A stretch of DNA of 64,000 bases from an uncultured Clostridia bacterium (GCA_934203075.1 CAKPYT010000040.1:107037-171036); one strand, 5' to 3'. Shown: positions 17,347 through 27,525, counted from the stretch's first letter. Numbers and translations: made by a program. Notes: a model not told the origin generated them from the letters alone.

Positions 17347-20300
17347 ACATGCCCCTACGGAACAACAGCGCAGAATCATAGAAGACGTAAACCACGGGCT
17401 GGTGGTTTCCGCCTCGGCCGGAACGGGAAAAACCACGGTGATGGTCAACCGTATTTTGCATTTGTTGCTGGCAGGGCGCGTCCGGTTGGATCAGATTCTG
17501 GTCGTTACGTTCACTTCTGCTGCCGCGCAGGAAATGAAGCAGCGCCTGATCGAAGAAATGAAGCAGCACGGGGAAAACGAGTCGATTGCGCAGCAGTTGG
17601 AAGAGGCGGATCATGCCGCCGTCAGTACGATTCACTCCTTCTGTGCGGATCTCATCCGAAATTATTTTTACGTGGTGGGGGTGGATCCCGTTTTCCGCAT
17701 TGCGGAAGAAAGCGAAGCGCAGTTGCTGCGATCGGATGCCCTGGACCGAACGCTGGAAGAGTTTTACGAAGAAGGTGCGGAAGACTTCTTGCGATTGACG
17801 CGCATTTTCGATTCCCGCTCGGATGACGGGTTGCGGGAATCGGTGCTGAAATTGCACGAGTTCGTGGCCAGTCAGCCGAACGATATCTTGCAAACGTTGA
17901 GAGAAACGGAAAAGAATTACGTCTCCTTTGACGAATCCAACGCATTCCTTCGTGTGCTGCACGATGAAATGAAACGAAGTCTTCGTCAACTTTTGACGAG
18001 AAACGAGAAGTTACAGTCCGTCGGAAGGACGCACGCTTTGCAAAAAAGCGGGCAGTATCTGAGGAATACGGAGGAATTGCTCCGTCAGATTCTCAAAAAG
18101 AGTACCTATCGGGAAGCATACACGACAGTGCTGGAAACGTCTTGGGAAAAGAAAATTTCTTCGGGCGTTGTGGCAAAAGAGTGCTCGAATGCGGGGATGG
18201 AACCGCAGCAGGCAGAAGAATTCGAGGCGGAACTCGCGCTGTTTGCGGAAGAAGCAAAAGATTGGTTCAGTGATGTCAAAAAGGCGTTTGAAGGGGCTCC
18301 GTTCGACGAGGTCGCCGGGCATACCCGCAGCAGTTTTGTGGATCTGGAGGCACTCGGCCGGCTGCAAAATGCGTTTGAAAGAAATTATGCGGCCGCAAAA
18401 AGCGAAGAGGGCGTGTGCGATTTCGGCGATTTAGAAAAACTGACGCTGCGGTTGCTGCAGAACGAGGCGGTGCGGGAGGAAATCCGTCATCGGTATCGCA
18501 TGGTGTTTGTGGACGAATATCAGGACGTAAACCGCCTGCAGGACGCAATCGTCTCCCTTTTGTCGGAGGAAACGAATCTGTTCGTCGTGGGGGACGTCAA
18601 GCAAAGCATCTACGGGTTTCGCCTTTGCGATGCGGAGTTGCTGCAAAAGCGGCTTGCCGCTGCCGGAAACAGCGAAAACGTACTTGCCCTGGGATTAAAC
18701 CGTAATTTCCGCAGTACGGCAAAAATACTGGATTTTGCAAACGAAACGTTCGATGCCGTCATGAAAGAATCTTTCGGCGGGGCGAATTACGCCGAAGACG
18801 GGATTTCGCGTTTCGACGTCACGCCGGATCAAAGCGAAAACGTAGAAATTCTCTATCATTTTGCGGAAAAGGAAGAAGTGCCGGAAGCGGAAGGGATTTA
18901 CGACGTCACGCAGAAAGCCTCTTCCCGCATTTCGATTGCCCGGCAGGAGGCGCGCATCGTCGCCGCACGCATCCGGAAGTTGGTGACGGAAGGGGTCCGG
19001 ACGGCAGAAGGGGTGCGTCGCTCCGTCAACTACGAAGATATCGCAATTCTCAGCCGCACGATGGCCGGCTATGCAGAAGAGTTTTATGCAGAACTCAGCC
19101 GCTTTGTCCCCGTCGTGATGCAGCGGGAGCAAAACTTGCTGGACGGGGCAGAGGTGCGCAACCTGATTCACTTTTTACGTGTGCTGGATAATCCGAACGA
19201 CGGCATCGCTTTTTACGGTGCGCTGAAAGCGTTCGGGCATCTGACCGAACAAGAGGTCGTCACGCTGAAAATCGGTGCGGAAACGTTGGCGGAAGGGGTG
19301 CAAAAGGTTCTGCAGACGGAAAGCGATCTTTCTCGCAAGGTACAGGCGTTTTTGCGTTTGACGGAGGAATACCGTTTCTTATCGTACAGTTTGCCGGTGG
19401 ACGAATTGCTGTTCCGGCTGATCCGCCAAACGGAGTATTTCTACTATCTGCTGGGGATGGCGAACGGATGCTATCGAAAAAACTGTGTCGATTTGTTTTT
19501 GGCCGGCATCAAAGGGCAGCCGTATGCCGCAACGGTCGGTAAGTTTCTGCACTATTTGTCGCAAACGAATCAAATCAACGCCGCTCCTCCGGCGGAGGGA
19601 GGCTTAAAGGCGGTTCGCATGATGAGCGTTCACGCAAGCAAGGGGCTGGAGTTTCCCGTAGTGTTTTTGTGTAACGTGGCAAAGGAGTTTTCTTTGCGTT
19701 CGGATACGGTTCTGACGGAGAAAGCGCTCGGCCTTGCGATTGCATATCGGGACGAAACGCAGATGCGCAAATTTCATCACTTCGCCGACGCCGCGCTGAA
19801 AACGGAAAACACGCGGCACGTCAAGGAGGACGAACTGCGCATGTTGTACGTGGCGCTGACGCGTGCACGGCAAAAACTGATCATCGTGGGCAGCCCCAAA
19901 AAAACGCAGCTGCGTCCGGAAAAGTGGGATCATCCGGAGAAGGCAACCTGCTACGTACATTGGCTTTGCAAACAGTCTTCGGTTCCGTATGTCGAAACGG
20001 ATGTTCCGCAGGAGGACCCCTCCGGGCGAAACGAGGTTCGCTTTACGCGCGTGGATGCGGCGGAGATCGAAGCCTTGCGGCACTCCTTTGCGGATTCCTA
20101 TCCCTTTGCGGCAGAAACGCTCCACCCCAAAAAGGTTGTCTCCAGCGGGCTGCCCGCCCGGGAGGACGAAGAGGGCGTAACGGACGTATCGGCCGTTGCA
20201 TTGGCGCCGTCCCCCGTGTTTGTGGATCGTGCCCTCGGCACGGCTTATCACGCCGTGCTGGAACGGCTTCCCTTCGGGCAGGATTGCGTTGCGTCTGTCG

Positions 20301-20761
20301 TGAGGGAACTGACGGAAGACGGAATCATCGCAAAGGACGTGGCGGACCGCATCGATACGGCCGCCCTGCAAAGGATCGTTCTTCATCCGCTGCTGCAAAA
20401 TCTGACGCGGGGAAAGTGCTACCGTGAGCAGCCGTTCATGATTACCGTCGGCAGAAAAGAACTATTCGGGGAAGACACGCAGGAACAGGTGATTCTGCAA
20501 GGCGTCATCGACCTGCTCTCCGTCGGGGAGGAAAGCGCCGTCGTGGTGGATTATAAAGTCACTTCTCATCCGGACGGGCTTGTGCAGCGTTATGCTCCGC
20601 AGTTGAACTCCTATCGGCTTGCCGTGCAGAAAATACTGAACCTGCCCTGCCGCGCGTACCTTGTGGACGTGCTCCGCGGAACGGTTTCGGAAGTCCCGCC
20701 GGGAATTACGTTCGTCGAGCAACGTAACGAAAAGGGGCAAGAATCTCAAAATTCCAAATAG
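17333..20761 (+). CDS. addA: ATP-dependent helicase/nuclease AddAB subunit A
   Basis: UvrD-type helicase motifs (SASAGTGKTTVM, VDEYQDVN, VGDVKQSIYGFR) plus a C-terminal nuclease domain (VVDYKV). It overlaps addB by 14 nt. Confidence 0.93.
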   Translation: MKTNKHAPTEQQRRIIEDVNHGLVVSASAGTGKTTVMVNRILHLLLAGRVRLDQILVVTFTSAAAQEMKQRLIEEMKQHGENESIAQQLEEADHAAVSTIHSFCADLIRNYFYVVGVDPVFRIAEESEAQLLRSDALDRTLEEFYEEGAEDFLRLTRIFDSRSDDGLRESVLKLHEFVASQPNDILQTLRETEKNYVSFDESNAFLRVLHDEMKRSLRQLLTRNEKLQSVGRTHALQKSGQYLRNTEELLRQILKKSTYREAYTTVLETSWEKKISSGVVAKECSNAGMEPQQAEEFEAELALFAEEAKDWFSDVKKAFEGAPFDEVAGHTRSSFVDLEALGRLQNAFERNYAAAKSEEGVCDFGDLEKLTLRLLQNEAVREEIRHRYRMVFVDEYQDVNRLQDAIVSLLSEETNLFVVGDVKQSIYGFRLCDAELLQKRLAAAGNSENVLALGLNRNFRSTAKILDFANETFDAVMKESFGGANYAEDGISRFDVTPDQSENVEILYHFAEKEEVPEAEGIYDVTQKASSRISIARQEARIVAARIRKLVTEGVRTAEGVRRSVNYEDIAILSRTMAGYAEEFYAELSRFVPVVMQREQNLLDGAEVRNLIHFLRVLDNPNDGIAFYGALKAFGHLTEQEVVTLKIGAETLAEGVQKVLQTESDLSRKVQAFLRLTEEYRFLSYSLPVDELLFRLIRQTEYFYYLLGMANGCYRKNCVDLFLAGIKGQPYAATVGKFLHYLSQTNQINAAPPAEGGLKAVRMMSVHASKGLEFPVVFLCNVAKEFSLRSDTVLTEKALGLAIAYRDETQMRKFHHFADAALKTENTRHVKEDELRMLYVALTRARQKLIIVGSPKKTQLRPEKWDHPEKATCYVHWLCKQSSVPYVETDVPQEDPSGRNEVRFTRVDAAEIEALRHSFADSYPFAAETLHPKKVVSSGLPAREDEEGVTDVSAVALAPSPVFVDRALGTAYHAVLERLPFGQDCVASVVRELTEDGIIAKDVADRIDTAALQRIVLHPLLQNLTRGKCYREQPFMITVGRKELFGEDTQEQVILQGVIDLLSVGEESAVVVDYKVTSHPDGLVQRYAPQLNSYRLAVQKILNLPCRAYLVDVLRGTVSEVPPGITFVEQRNEKGQESQNSK

Positions 20762-21138
20762 TTTTGCAGAAATAACGTTGGATACACTTGGAAATTTTCA
20801 AGAGTATGAAGTCAAAACAGAATAAACAGCGAGTTCGTAAAAAGGAGGTTGCAAAAATAGTTGCGACCTCCTTTTCAATCGTCGTAAATAAAGCATTTTC
20901 ACAATGGTATGCCATTTTAAAACGCGATTGTCGTTACCGCTTGTAATTGTTTGAAAATATGCTAAAATATAAGCGAAAAACTTACTTGCAAGGTTTTTTT
21001 TGAGCGCAGTATTTCAACAGAAACGGCGGATTTGCATAGGGAAAGACGCAAGCAACGACAGTTGCCGACAAAATTTTATTTTGTTGCGTTTTGATGCTAT
21101 AATATATTAAAGAAAAGTTAATGCAAGGAGAAGCGGAT

Positions 21139-22029
21139 ATGATAAGCCCACAACTTTTAACGTTTATAACCGTGGCAAAAAACGGCAGTTTTTCAAAAAC
21201 CGCGGAAGCGATGTTTATTTCTCCCACTGCGGTAATGAAACAGGTCGATTCTTTGGAAGAGCGGCTCGGCGTTACTCTTTTTAAGAGAACGAACCACGGA
21301 CTACAACTCACCGACGCGGGGCAAAGCGTGCTTAGCGATGCGAAATATCTCGTAGATTACGCCACGCGCGCGGAAGAGAAAGCACGGGAGATCGATCGAA
21401 AGGAAAATCAGCGGTCTATCCGCATAGGCACATCGCTTATGACGCCCGCGAAATTCATTCTCGATATCTGGGCGAAAATTCAGGATATCGCGCCGAATTT
21501 GAAAGTGGAACTCATCCCGTTTGAAAACACGCCCGAAAACGCGCGGGAGATTTTATCGAATTTAGGTATGCAAATCGACGTGGTTGCGGGTATTTACGAC
21601 GATGGGCTTAAGGAAGAACGAGGGTTTCAGACCGTTCATCTCGAAGATAAAAAGGTATCGTTCGCCGTTCCTTTAACAAGTCCGCTCGCCTCGAAACGCA
21701 GTATTTCGCCCGAAGACTTGAAACAAACGGGCGCGATGTTTATAAAAAAAGGCTGGAACAAGTACATCGACGAATTGCACGTTGCTTGCGAGAACGCGGG
21801 TGTTGAAGTTTCGGAGTTTAACTTTTTTAACCTTGCGGCGTTCAACGAAGCGGTAAAACAAAATATTCCCATTATCGCGATAAGCGGTTGGGAAAACGTT
21901 CACCCTCTTCTAAAAATCGTACCGTCTAAAACGAATGTTACCGTGCCTTACGGCATTATGTATTCGTTAGAACCCTCAAAACACGTCAGACAATTTATAA
22001 AAGCGGTAGAATCTATCGTAAACAAATAA
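21139..22029 (+). CDS. LysR-family transcriptional regulator
   Basis: N-terminal HTH (LLTFITVAKNGSFSKTAEAMFISPTAVMKQVDSLEERLGVTLFKR) and a LysR substrate-binding part. An AAGGAG RBS precedes ATG 21139. Confidence 0.9.
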   Translation: MISPQLLTFITVAKNGSFSKTAEAMFISPTAVMKQVDSLEERLGVTLFKRTNHGLQLTDAGQSVLSDAKYLVDYATRAEEKAREIDRKENQRSIRIGTSLMTPAKFILDIWAKIQDIAPNLKVELIPFENTPENAREILSNLGMQIDVVAGIYDDGLKEERGFQTVHLEDKKVSFAVPLTSPLASKRSISPEDLKQTGAMFIKKGWNKYIDELHVACENAGVEVSEFNFFNLAAFNEAVKQNIPIIAISGWENVHPLLKIVPSKTNVTVPYGIMYSLEPSKHVRQFIKAVESIVNK

Positions 22030-22188
22030 CAAGAACAATAAAAATTCAGAGGAAAGCGCAACTTTTTTACGGTTGCGTTTTTGTTTTAACTTTTGGTTGA
22101 AACGGCAAACTTTTTTGCGATTCCCTTATTCTTTCCGTCGATGTATTATGTAGTCACAAAACAAGAGACGGAGGTTTTCAAAAACATT

Positions 22189-23076
22189 ATGCAATACGTA
22201 ACTTTATCGAACGGTGTAAAAATGCCTAAGCTCGGATACGGGGTTTATCAGGTGGACAAGGAAGAATGCGAACGTTGCGTTCTCGACGCTTTGAAAGTAG
22301 GCTATCGTCACATCGACACGGCGCAGAGTTACTTCAACGAGGAAGAGGTGGGAAATGCGATCGCAAAATCGGGCGTTCCCCGCGAACAGATTTTCCTTAC
22401 CACAAAGGTCTGGGTGGAACATTACGGATACGACGAAACGAGAAAATCGGTACTTGAATCTATGCGTAAACTCAAAACCAACTATATCGACCTCGTTTTG
22501 TTGCATCAGCCGTTTTCGGACTATTACGGAGCATGGCGTGCTCTTGAAGATTTGTACGCGGAAGGCGTCATCAAAGCAATCGGCGTGAGCAATTTTTATC
22601 CAGACAGACTCGTCGATATCTGCAGTTTCGCGCGTATCAAGCCTATGGTAAATCAGGTGGAAACGCACCCGCATAATCAGCAGATCGAAGCGCACGAATG
22701 GATGAAAAAATACGGAGTTCAGCACGAAGCATGGGCGCCGTTCGGCGAAGGCAGAGGCGGAATGTTTGAAGAACCTTTGCTTGTGGAAATCGGCAAAAAG
22801 TACGGCAAGACCGCGGCTCAGGTAATTTTGCGTTGGGATATGCAAAGAAACGTGGTAGCCATTCCGAAGTCCACGCATATTGAAAGAATGGAACAGAATT
22901 TCGACATTTTCGATTTTGAATTATCCGAAGAAGATATGGCAAAAATCGCCACTCTCGATAAAAAACAAAGTTCTTTCTTCTCGCACTACGACCCCAAAAT
23001 GGTCGAGTGGTTTGCGCAGATGGTAGAACAGCGCAAGCATAACAACGACCACAGAAAGGAAAAAAAGAACTGGTAA
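22189..23076 (+). CDS. Aldo/keto reductase
   Basis: MQYVTLSNGVKMPKLGYGVYQ, GYRHIDTAQSY, LLHQP and IPKS motifs. The ORF-track start at 22093 is an extension. Confidence 0.9.
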   Translation: MQYVTLSNGVKMPKLGYGVYQVDKEECERCVLDALKVGYRHIDTAQSYFNEEEVGNAIAKSGVPREQIFLTTKVWVEHYGYDETRKSVLESMRKLKTNYIDLVLLHQPFSDYYGAWRALEDLYAEGVIKAIGVSNFYPDRLVDICSFARIKPMVNQVETHPHNQQIEAHEWMKKYGVQHEAWAPFGEGRGGMFEEPLLVEIGKKYGKTAAQVILRWDMQRNVVAIPKSTHIERMEQNFDIFDFELSEEDMAKIATLDKKQSSFFSHYDPKMVEWFAQMVEQRKHNNDHRKEKKNW

Positions 23077-23112
23077 TTTGCAATAAAAAAGAAACAACAG
23101 GAGGATAAAACC

Positions 23113-24264
23113 ATGAAAAGATTTTTAGCGATACTGCTTGGACTCATTATGATCATTTCTCTTACCGCCTGCGGAAATAAAGGCGGAAACAATTCGCCGT
23201 CTTCAAGCGTTACTCCGCCCGAAGAAAGCGACGTAAATATCGACAATACGTTTACCAGGACAAGCAAAACGCTTGTTGTGTACTTCTCTAAAACAAACAC
23301 GACGGAATCGGTAGCGAAACTCATTCAGTCGGAAACGGGCGCGGATATTTTTGAAATCGAACGCAAAGAACCTTATCCCGACGCTTATACGCCCACTACG
23401 GAAGTAGCGAAAGACGAAAAGGACGCCAACGCCCGCCCGGAACTGAAAACCTATCTTCCGAAAGAAGTTATTGCGGGTTACGATACCTTTTTCGTAGGAT
23501 TCCCCATCTGGTGGGGAACGGCACCGATGCCCGTTTTATCCTTCCTTAATTTTTACGATTTCAGCGGAAAAAACGTTTATACTTTCTGCACCGCAGCAAG
23601 CAGTTCCATTACGGGAAGCACCGCCGATATCCGTTCCAACGCAAGCGGCGCGAACGTAGTTGAAGGGAAACGTTTTTCGCGTAACGACGAAAGCGGCGTA
23701 AAATCGTGGATTGCTTCTCTAAATTTGAGCGACGGTCAGCCCGATACGCCCGCACCCTCTCCCGCGCCGAACGACAGCAACGTGCTTGTTGCATATTTCT
23801 CCGCAAGCGGCAACACGAAAAGGGTTGCGGAATACATTGCGGAAGCGACAAACGGAACGCTTTTCGAACTCGTTCCCGAAGATCCTTACACAAGCGCAGA
23901 CCTTAACTGGACGAACTCAAACAGCAGAGTCGTCCGCGAACACGAGAATGAAAATCTTCAGGATATTCCTCTCGGGAAAGAGACTCCCGCGGGCTTTGCG
24001 GAATACGACGTCGTATTTATCGGCTACCCCATCTGGTGGGGAATCGCCGCATGGCCCGTGAATAACTTCGTTAAAAACAACGATTTTTCGGGTAAAACGG
24101 TGATTCCGTTCGCAACTTCCTCAAGTAGCGGCATAGGGCAAAGCGGAGAGCTTCTTGAAAAAATGGCAAGCACGGGCAACTGGCTCGCAGGAAACAGATT
24201 TTCTTCGGGCGCAAGCAAGTCTACGGTAGAAACCTGGGTAAACGGCTTGAATTTAGCCGCTTAA
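23113..24264 (+). CDS. Lipoprotein with two tandem flavodoxin-like domains
   Basis: Lipobox SLTAC followed by two repeats: LVVYFSKTNTTESVAKLI...FVGFPIWWGTAP and LVAYFSASGNTKRVAEYI...FIGYPIWWGIAAWP. Confidence 0.8.
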   Translation: MKRFLAILLGLIMIISLTACGNKGGNNSPSSSVTPPEESDVNIDNTFTRTSKTLVVYFSKTNTTESVAKLIQSETGADIFEIERKEPYPDAYTPTTEVAKDEKDANARPELKTYLPKEVIAGYDTFFVGFPIWWGTAPMPVLSFLNFYDFSGKNVYTFCTAASSSITGSTADIRSNASGANVVEGKRFSRNDESGVKSWIASLNLSDGQPDTPAPSPAPNDSNVLVAYFSASGNTKRVAEYIAEATNGTLFELVPEDPYTSADLNWTNSNSRVVREHENENLQDIPLGKETPAGFAEYDVVFIGYPIWWGIAAWPVNNFVKNNDFSGKTVIPFATSSSSGIGQSGELLEKMASTGNWLAGNRFSSGASKSTVETWVNGLNLAA

Positions 24265-24287
24265 AAAACAACAAGGAGATTTTATTT

Positions 24288-24848
24288 ATGAAAAAAGATT
24301 TAGGGGTGAAACCTTATTTATTCCCGATGCCGGTGCTTATTATCGGCAGTTACTGCGAAGACGGTACGCCCGACGCAATGAACGCCGCTTACGGTACGCT
24401 TTGCGACTTCCGCCATATCGCGTTATATTTAAGCGCGGGGCATAAAACCGTTGCCAACATCAAAGCGCGTAAGGCTTTCACCGTGGCGATTGCCGATGAA
24501 AAACACCTCGTGCCGTGCGATTATGTAGGTATTGTTTCCGCAAACACTGACAAAGAAAAAATGGAAAAAAGCGGTTTTACCCTTTCAAAAAGCAAAAATG
24601 TTGACGCGCCCGTCATGGAAGATTTGCCGCTTACGCTTGAATGTAAACTTGATTATATCGACGAAAAATCGGGTGCGGTTTACGGCGAAATCGTAAACAT
24701 CATCGCCGAAGAAGGCATTTTGACGGACGGCGACGTGGACTTGAACAAACTAAATCCCATTTCTTACGATCCGGCAAGCCGTTGCTATTTCAGAATGGGC
24801 GAAAAAGTCGGCACGGCGTTTCACGACGGTGCGGCTTTGAAAAAATAA
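24288..24848 (+). CDS. Flavin reductase-like (FMN-binding split-barrel) protein
   Basis: Size and N-terminal pattern (PYLFPMPVLIIGSY..DGTPDAMNAAYG) are typical of the flavin reductase-like domain. Confidence 0.7.
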   Translation: MKKDLGVKPYLFPMPVLIIGSYCEDGTPDAMNAAYGTLCDFRHIALYLSAGHKTVANIKARKAFTVAIADEKHLVPCDYVGIVSANTDKEKMEKSGFTLSKSKNVDAPVMEDLPLTLECKLDYIDEKSGAVYGEIVNIIAEEGILTDGDVDLNKLNPISYDPASRCYFRMGEKVGTAFHDGAALKK

Positions 24849-24866
24849 TTATTACGAGGTGAGATT

Positions 24867-25505
24867 ATGAAAGTATTGCTTGTGAATGGAAGCCCGCACA
24901 AAAACGGCTCGACAAACAGGGCGCTCGAAGAAGTGGCGGCAACGCTTAACAAAAACGGTATCGAAACGGAAATTTTCTGGATAGGAAACCGCGCGTTATC
25001 CGGTTGTATCGCTTGCAAAACGTGTGTAAAAACAGGCAAATGCGTGTTTGACGACAGCGTGAACGAGTGCCGTGAAAAGGCTCTCGAAGCCGACGGATTT
25101 ATCTTCGGTACGCCCGTTCATTACGCGGCGACAAGCGGCGCAATGACGGCGTTTATGGACAGGCTTTTTTACAGTGAATTCTGCGGCAATCAGAACAAGG
25201 CCTTTAACTTAAAGCCTGCGGCGGCTGTCGTTGTGGCTCGCCGCGCGGGGATGACTTCCACATACGACCAACTCAACAAATATTTCGGTTTGCATGAAAT
25301 GCCGATTATTTCTTCGAGATATTGGAATCTCGTTTACGGCGCGAGCGCGGAGCAGGTGGAAAAAGATACCGAAGGTATGTACACGATGCGCGTTCTCGGC
25401 GAAAATATGGCGTACTTTTTACGCTGCAGAGAAGCGGCGGACAAACTCGGCGTTAAACTTCCCGAACGCGAACAGCCGGTATTTATGAATTTTATCAGGG
25501 AGTAA
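24867..25505 (+). CDS. NAD(P)H-dependent FMN reductase / iron-sulfur flavoprotein-like protein
   Basis: MKVLLVNGSPHKNGST flavodoxin-like P-loop and Cys cluster CIACKTCVKTGKC. Confidence 0.75.
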   Translation: MKVLLVNGSPHKNGSTNRALEEVAATLNKNGIETEIFWIGNRALSGCIACKTCVKTGKCVFDDSVNECREKALEADGFIFGTPVHYAATSGAMTAFMDRLFYSEFCGNQNKAFNLKPAAAVVVARRAGMTSTYDQLNKYFGLHEMPIISSRYWNLVYGASAEQVEKDTEGMYTMRVLGENMAYFLRCREAADKLGVKLPEREQPVFMNFIRE

Positions 25506-25514
25506 GGCAACATT

Positions 25515-26054
25515 ATGAATAAAAAAGTATTGATTTTGTCGGGCAGCCCGAGAAAAAACGGCAATTCGGACATATTATGCGATGAGTTTGCGCGCGGCGC
25601 AATGAAAAGCGGTAACGAAGTTGAAAAAATCCGTATCGCCGATAAAAAAATCGGCTATTGTCACGCTTGCTATTATTGCCGCGATCACGGTGGAAAATGC
25701 GCGATTGAAGACGATATGGCGGAAGTTTTACAGAAAATCATAGACGCCGACGTAATCGTTCTCGCCTCGCCCGTGTATTTCTATTCGATAGACGCGCAAT
25801 TGAAAACTGTGATCGACAGAACCGTCGCAAGGTGGACGGAAGTGAAAAATAAGGAGTTTTATTATATCGTTACCTGCGCCGACGGCGAAAAAGAAGCAGC
25901 GGAAACCACGCTCGCATGTTTCAGAGGTTATGCGGATTGCGTAAGCGGAGCGGTTGAAAAAGGAGTAATCTACGGTACGGGCGTTTATCAGAAAGACGAA
26001 ATAATGGGAACGCCTGCTTTGACTGCGGCGTATACGGCAGGGTTGAACGTTTAA
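25515..26054 (+). CDS. NAD(P)H-dependent FMN reductase / iron-sulfur flavoprotein-like protein (paralog)
   Basis: VLILSGSPRKNGNS and Cys cluster CHACYYCRDHGGKC. Confidence 0.75.
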   Translation: MNKKVLILSGSPRKNGNSDILCDEFARGAMKSGNEVEKIRIADKKIGYCHACYYCRDHGGKCAIEDDMAEVLQKIIDADVIVLASPVYFYSIDAQLKTVIDRTVARWTEVKNKEFYYIVTCADGEKEAAETTLACFRGYADCVSGAVEKGVIYGTGVYQKDEIMGTPALTAAYTAGLNV

Positions 26055-26100
26055 TCGTTTTTATTAGTCGAACGACAAAGTATTAAAAGGAGAGCCGAAA

Positions 26101-26955
26101 ATGAAATTAAAAATCTTAAAATTCATAAAGCCGTTTGTTGCGGCTGTACTTAGTTTTATTTTTGTTATTTCATTGTCGGCTTGTTCAAACGAAAACGGCG
26201 GAACAGGTGGCGGCAATGGTGAAAACGCGGATTTGCCGATAACTTTCGGTACTTCCGTTTATCGCGGATTTACGCTCGATAACGTCTATCATTCCGGCGA
26301 AAACGGAGATATTCATTATCATTCTTATTTTCCGGAGGACTATAGCGCAAGCGAAAAGTATGCGCTTTATATCTCGCTTCCCGGATACGAAGGTTTGTAT
26401 TTTCAGGGCGTCGGCTCGAATATTCGTTCAGAAGATTTCGTGTTCGAGGCGCAGAAATACAACGATAAAATGATTATTATCGCGCCGCAGTTGAACGACT
26501 GGGGACGAACTTCCGCTCGCCAAGCGGTCGCTCTTACCGAATTTATGCTCGATCATTACCCGATGACAGATCGCGATAAGGTTTTTATTAACGGTTATTC
26601 GGGCGGCGGAGAAACGCTTTCGCTCGTTCTTACGATAAAGCCAGAACTTTTCACGGCGGCGCTTCACGTCGCTTCCGTGTGGGACGGCGAACTCGAACCG
26701 CTCGTAAACGCCGAAACGCCCGTTTATTTCGTAATCGGCGAATCGGACGAATACTACGGCTCTTCGCGGATCACCGCCACTTATAATCGCCTCGTTTCGT
26801 TGTATCGCGAAAAAGGCTTGCCAAACGAAGATATCAGCCGTCTTGCCGTACTCGATGTAAAGTCGCGTTCCTATTTTAACGGCGGCAATCAGCACGGCGG
26901 GATCGGCAGAATTTCGCGCGACGAGCAGATTATGGGTTGGCTTTTCGGAAGATAA
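26101..26955 (+). CDS. Alpha/beta-hydrolase (esterase) lipoprotein
   Basis: Lipobox SLSAC and nucleophile elbow GYSGGG. Confidence 0.7.
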   Translation: MKLKILKFIKPFVAAVLSFIFVISLSACSNENGGTGGGNGENADLPITFGTSVYRGFTLDNVYHSGENGDIHYHSYFPEDYSASEKYALYISLPGYEGLYFQGVGSNIRSEDFVFEAQKYNDKMIIIAPQLNDWGRTSARQAVALTEFMLDHYPMTDRDKVFINGYSGGGETLSLVLTIKPELFTAALHVASVWDGELEPLVNAETPVYFVIGESDEYYGSSRITATYNRLVSLYREKGLPNEDISRLAVLDVKSRSYFNGGNQHGGIGRISRDEQIMGWLFGR

Positions 26956-27036
26956 CGGGAGATAAGTTATAAAAAAAATTCTTATAACGATAGGATATTT
27001 GTCATTTTATCCGTTTTAACGAGGTAACAAAGCGAA

Positions 27037-27380
27037 ATGCCGTCCGTTCCGGAAATTCCGGACGTAACGCCGGCGGTTCGCCCGCACGCGAAGTTTCCCG
27101 GCGGAACTTTTATTTTCCGCGTGAAAAACGGCTATTCCCACAACGGTACGGCGGCAAAGGATACACTTACAACGCGCTTTCGTATCTGTGGAAAACTTCG
27201 TACGTGACGGAACAAAATACTGCCGATACAAAATACGAAAGGGAGAAACGATCCTGTTTTCGGAGATTTCGAAAGGCTGATTTTCCCGTGAATAACGGCC
27301 ACGATAGTGGCAACACGCTTAAAATCTTTGTCTTATCTGGCTCAACGGCATTAAAGCATGCATACGGTAAAAATTTGTAA
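27037..27380 (+). pseudogene. Possible frameshifted small gene remnant at island edge
   Basis: Three consecutive reading segments (27037..27207, 27188..27280, 27279..27380) are each displaced by +1. The first has a GAGGT RBS and the last stops 8 nt before a terminator. Confidence 0.3.
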
Positions 27381-27387
27381 CTGTTTT

Positions 27388-27412
27388 AAAAAACCGCCGA
27401 ATAGCGGTTTTT
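27388..27412. terminator. Rho-independent terminator
   Basis: AAACCGC-CGAATA-GCGGTTT stem-loop with flanking A and T runs. Confidence 0.65.
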
Positions 27413-27525
27413 AAATAGTTGCAAAGGGATATATTTTGTCTTTTGTCGGGGAATGTCCGTTCTTCCGCCGAAGGCAGAAAGGGCCCGAAACTTTTTTCTG
27501 TCCGGAACCGGGCGAAAAAATCGAT

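Larger units (their letters stand above)
20762..27420. other. Compositionally distinct gene block (candidate horizontally acquired redox/detox island)
   Basis: Looks AT-richer by eye, and Leu codons shift from CTG to CTT/TTA. It begins right after the addA stop and ends at a decayed ORF plus terminator. No integrase or flanking repeats were seen. Confidence 0.5.

Noticed and set aside
20762-27420. Calling the low-GC block a mobile element.
   Set aside because: No integrase, transposase, relaxase, tRNA attachment site or flanking direct/inverted repeats were found. Only the composition and the decayed terminal ORF suggest foreign origin.
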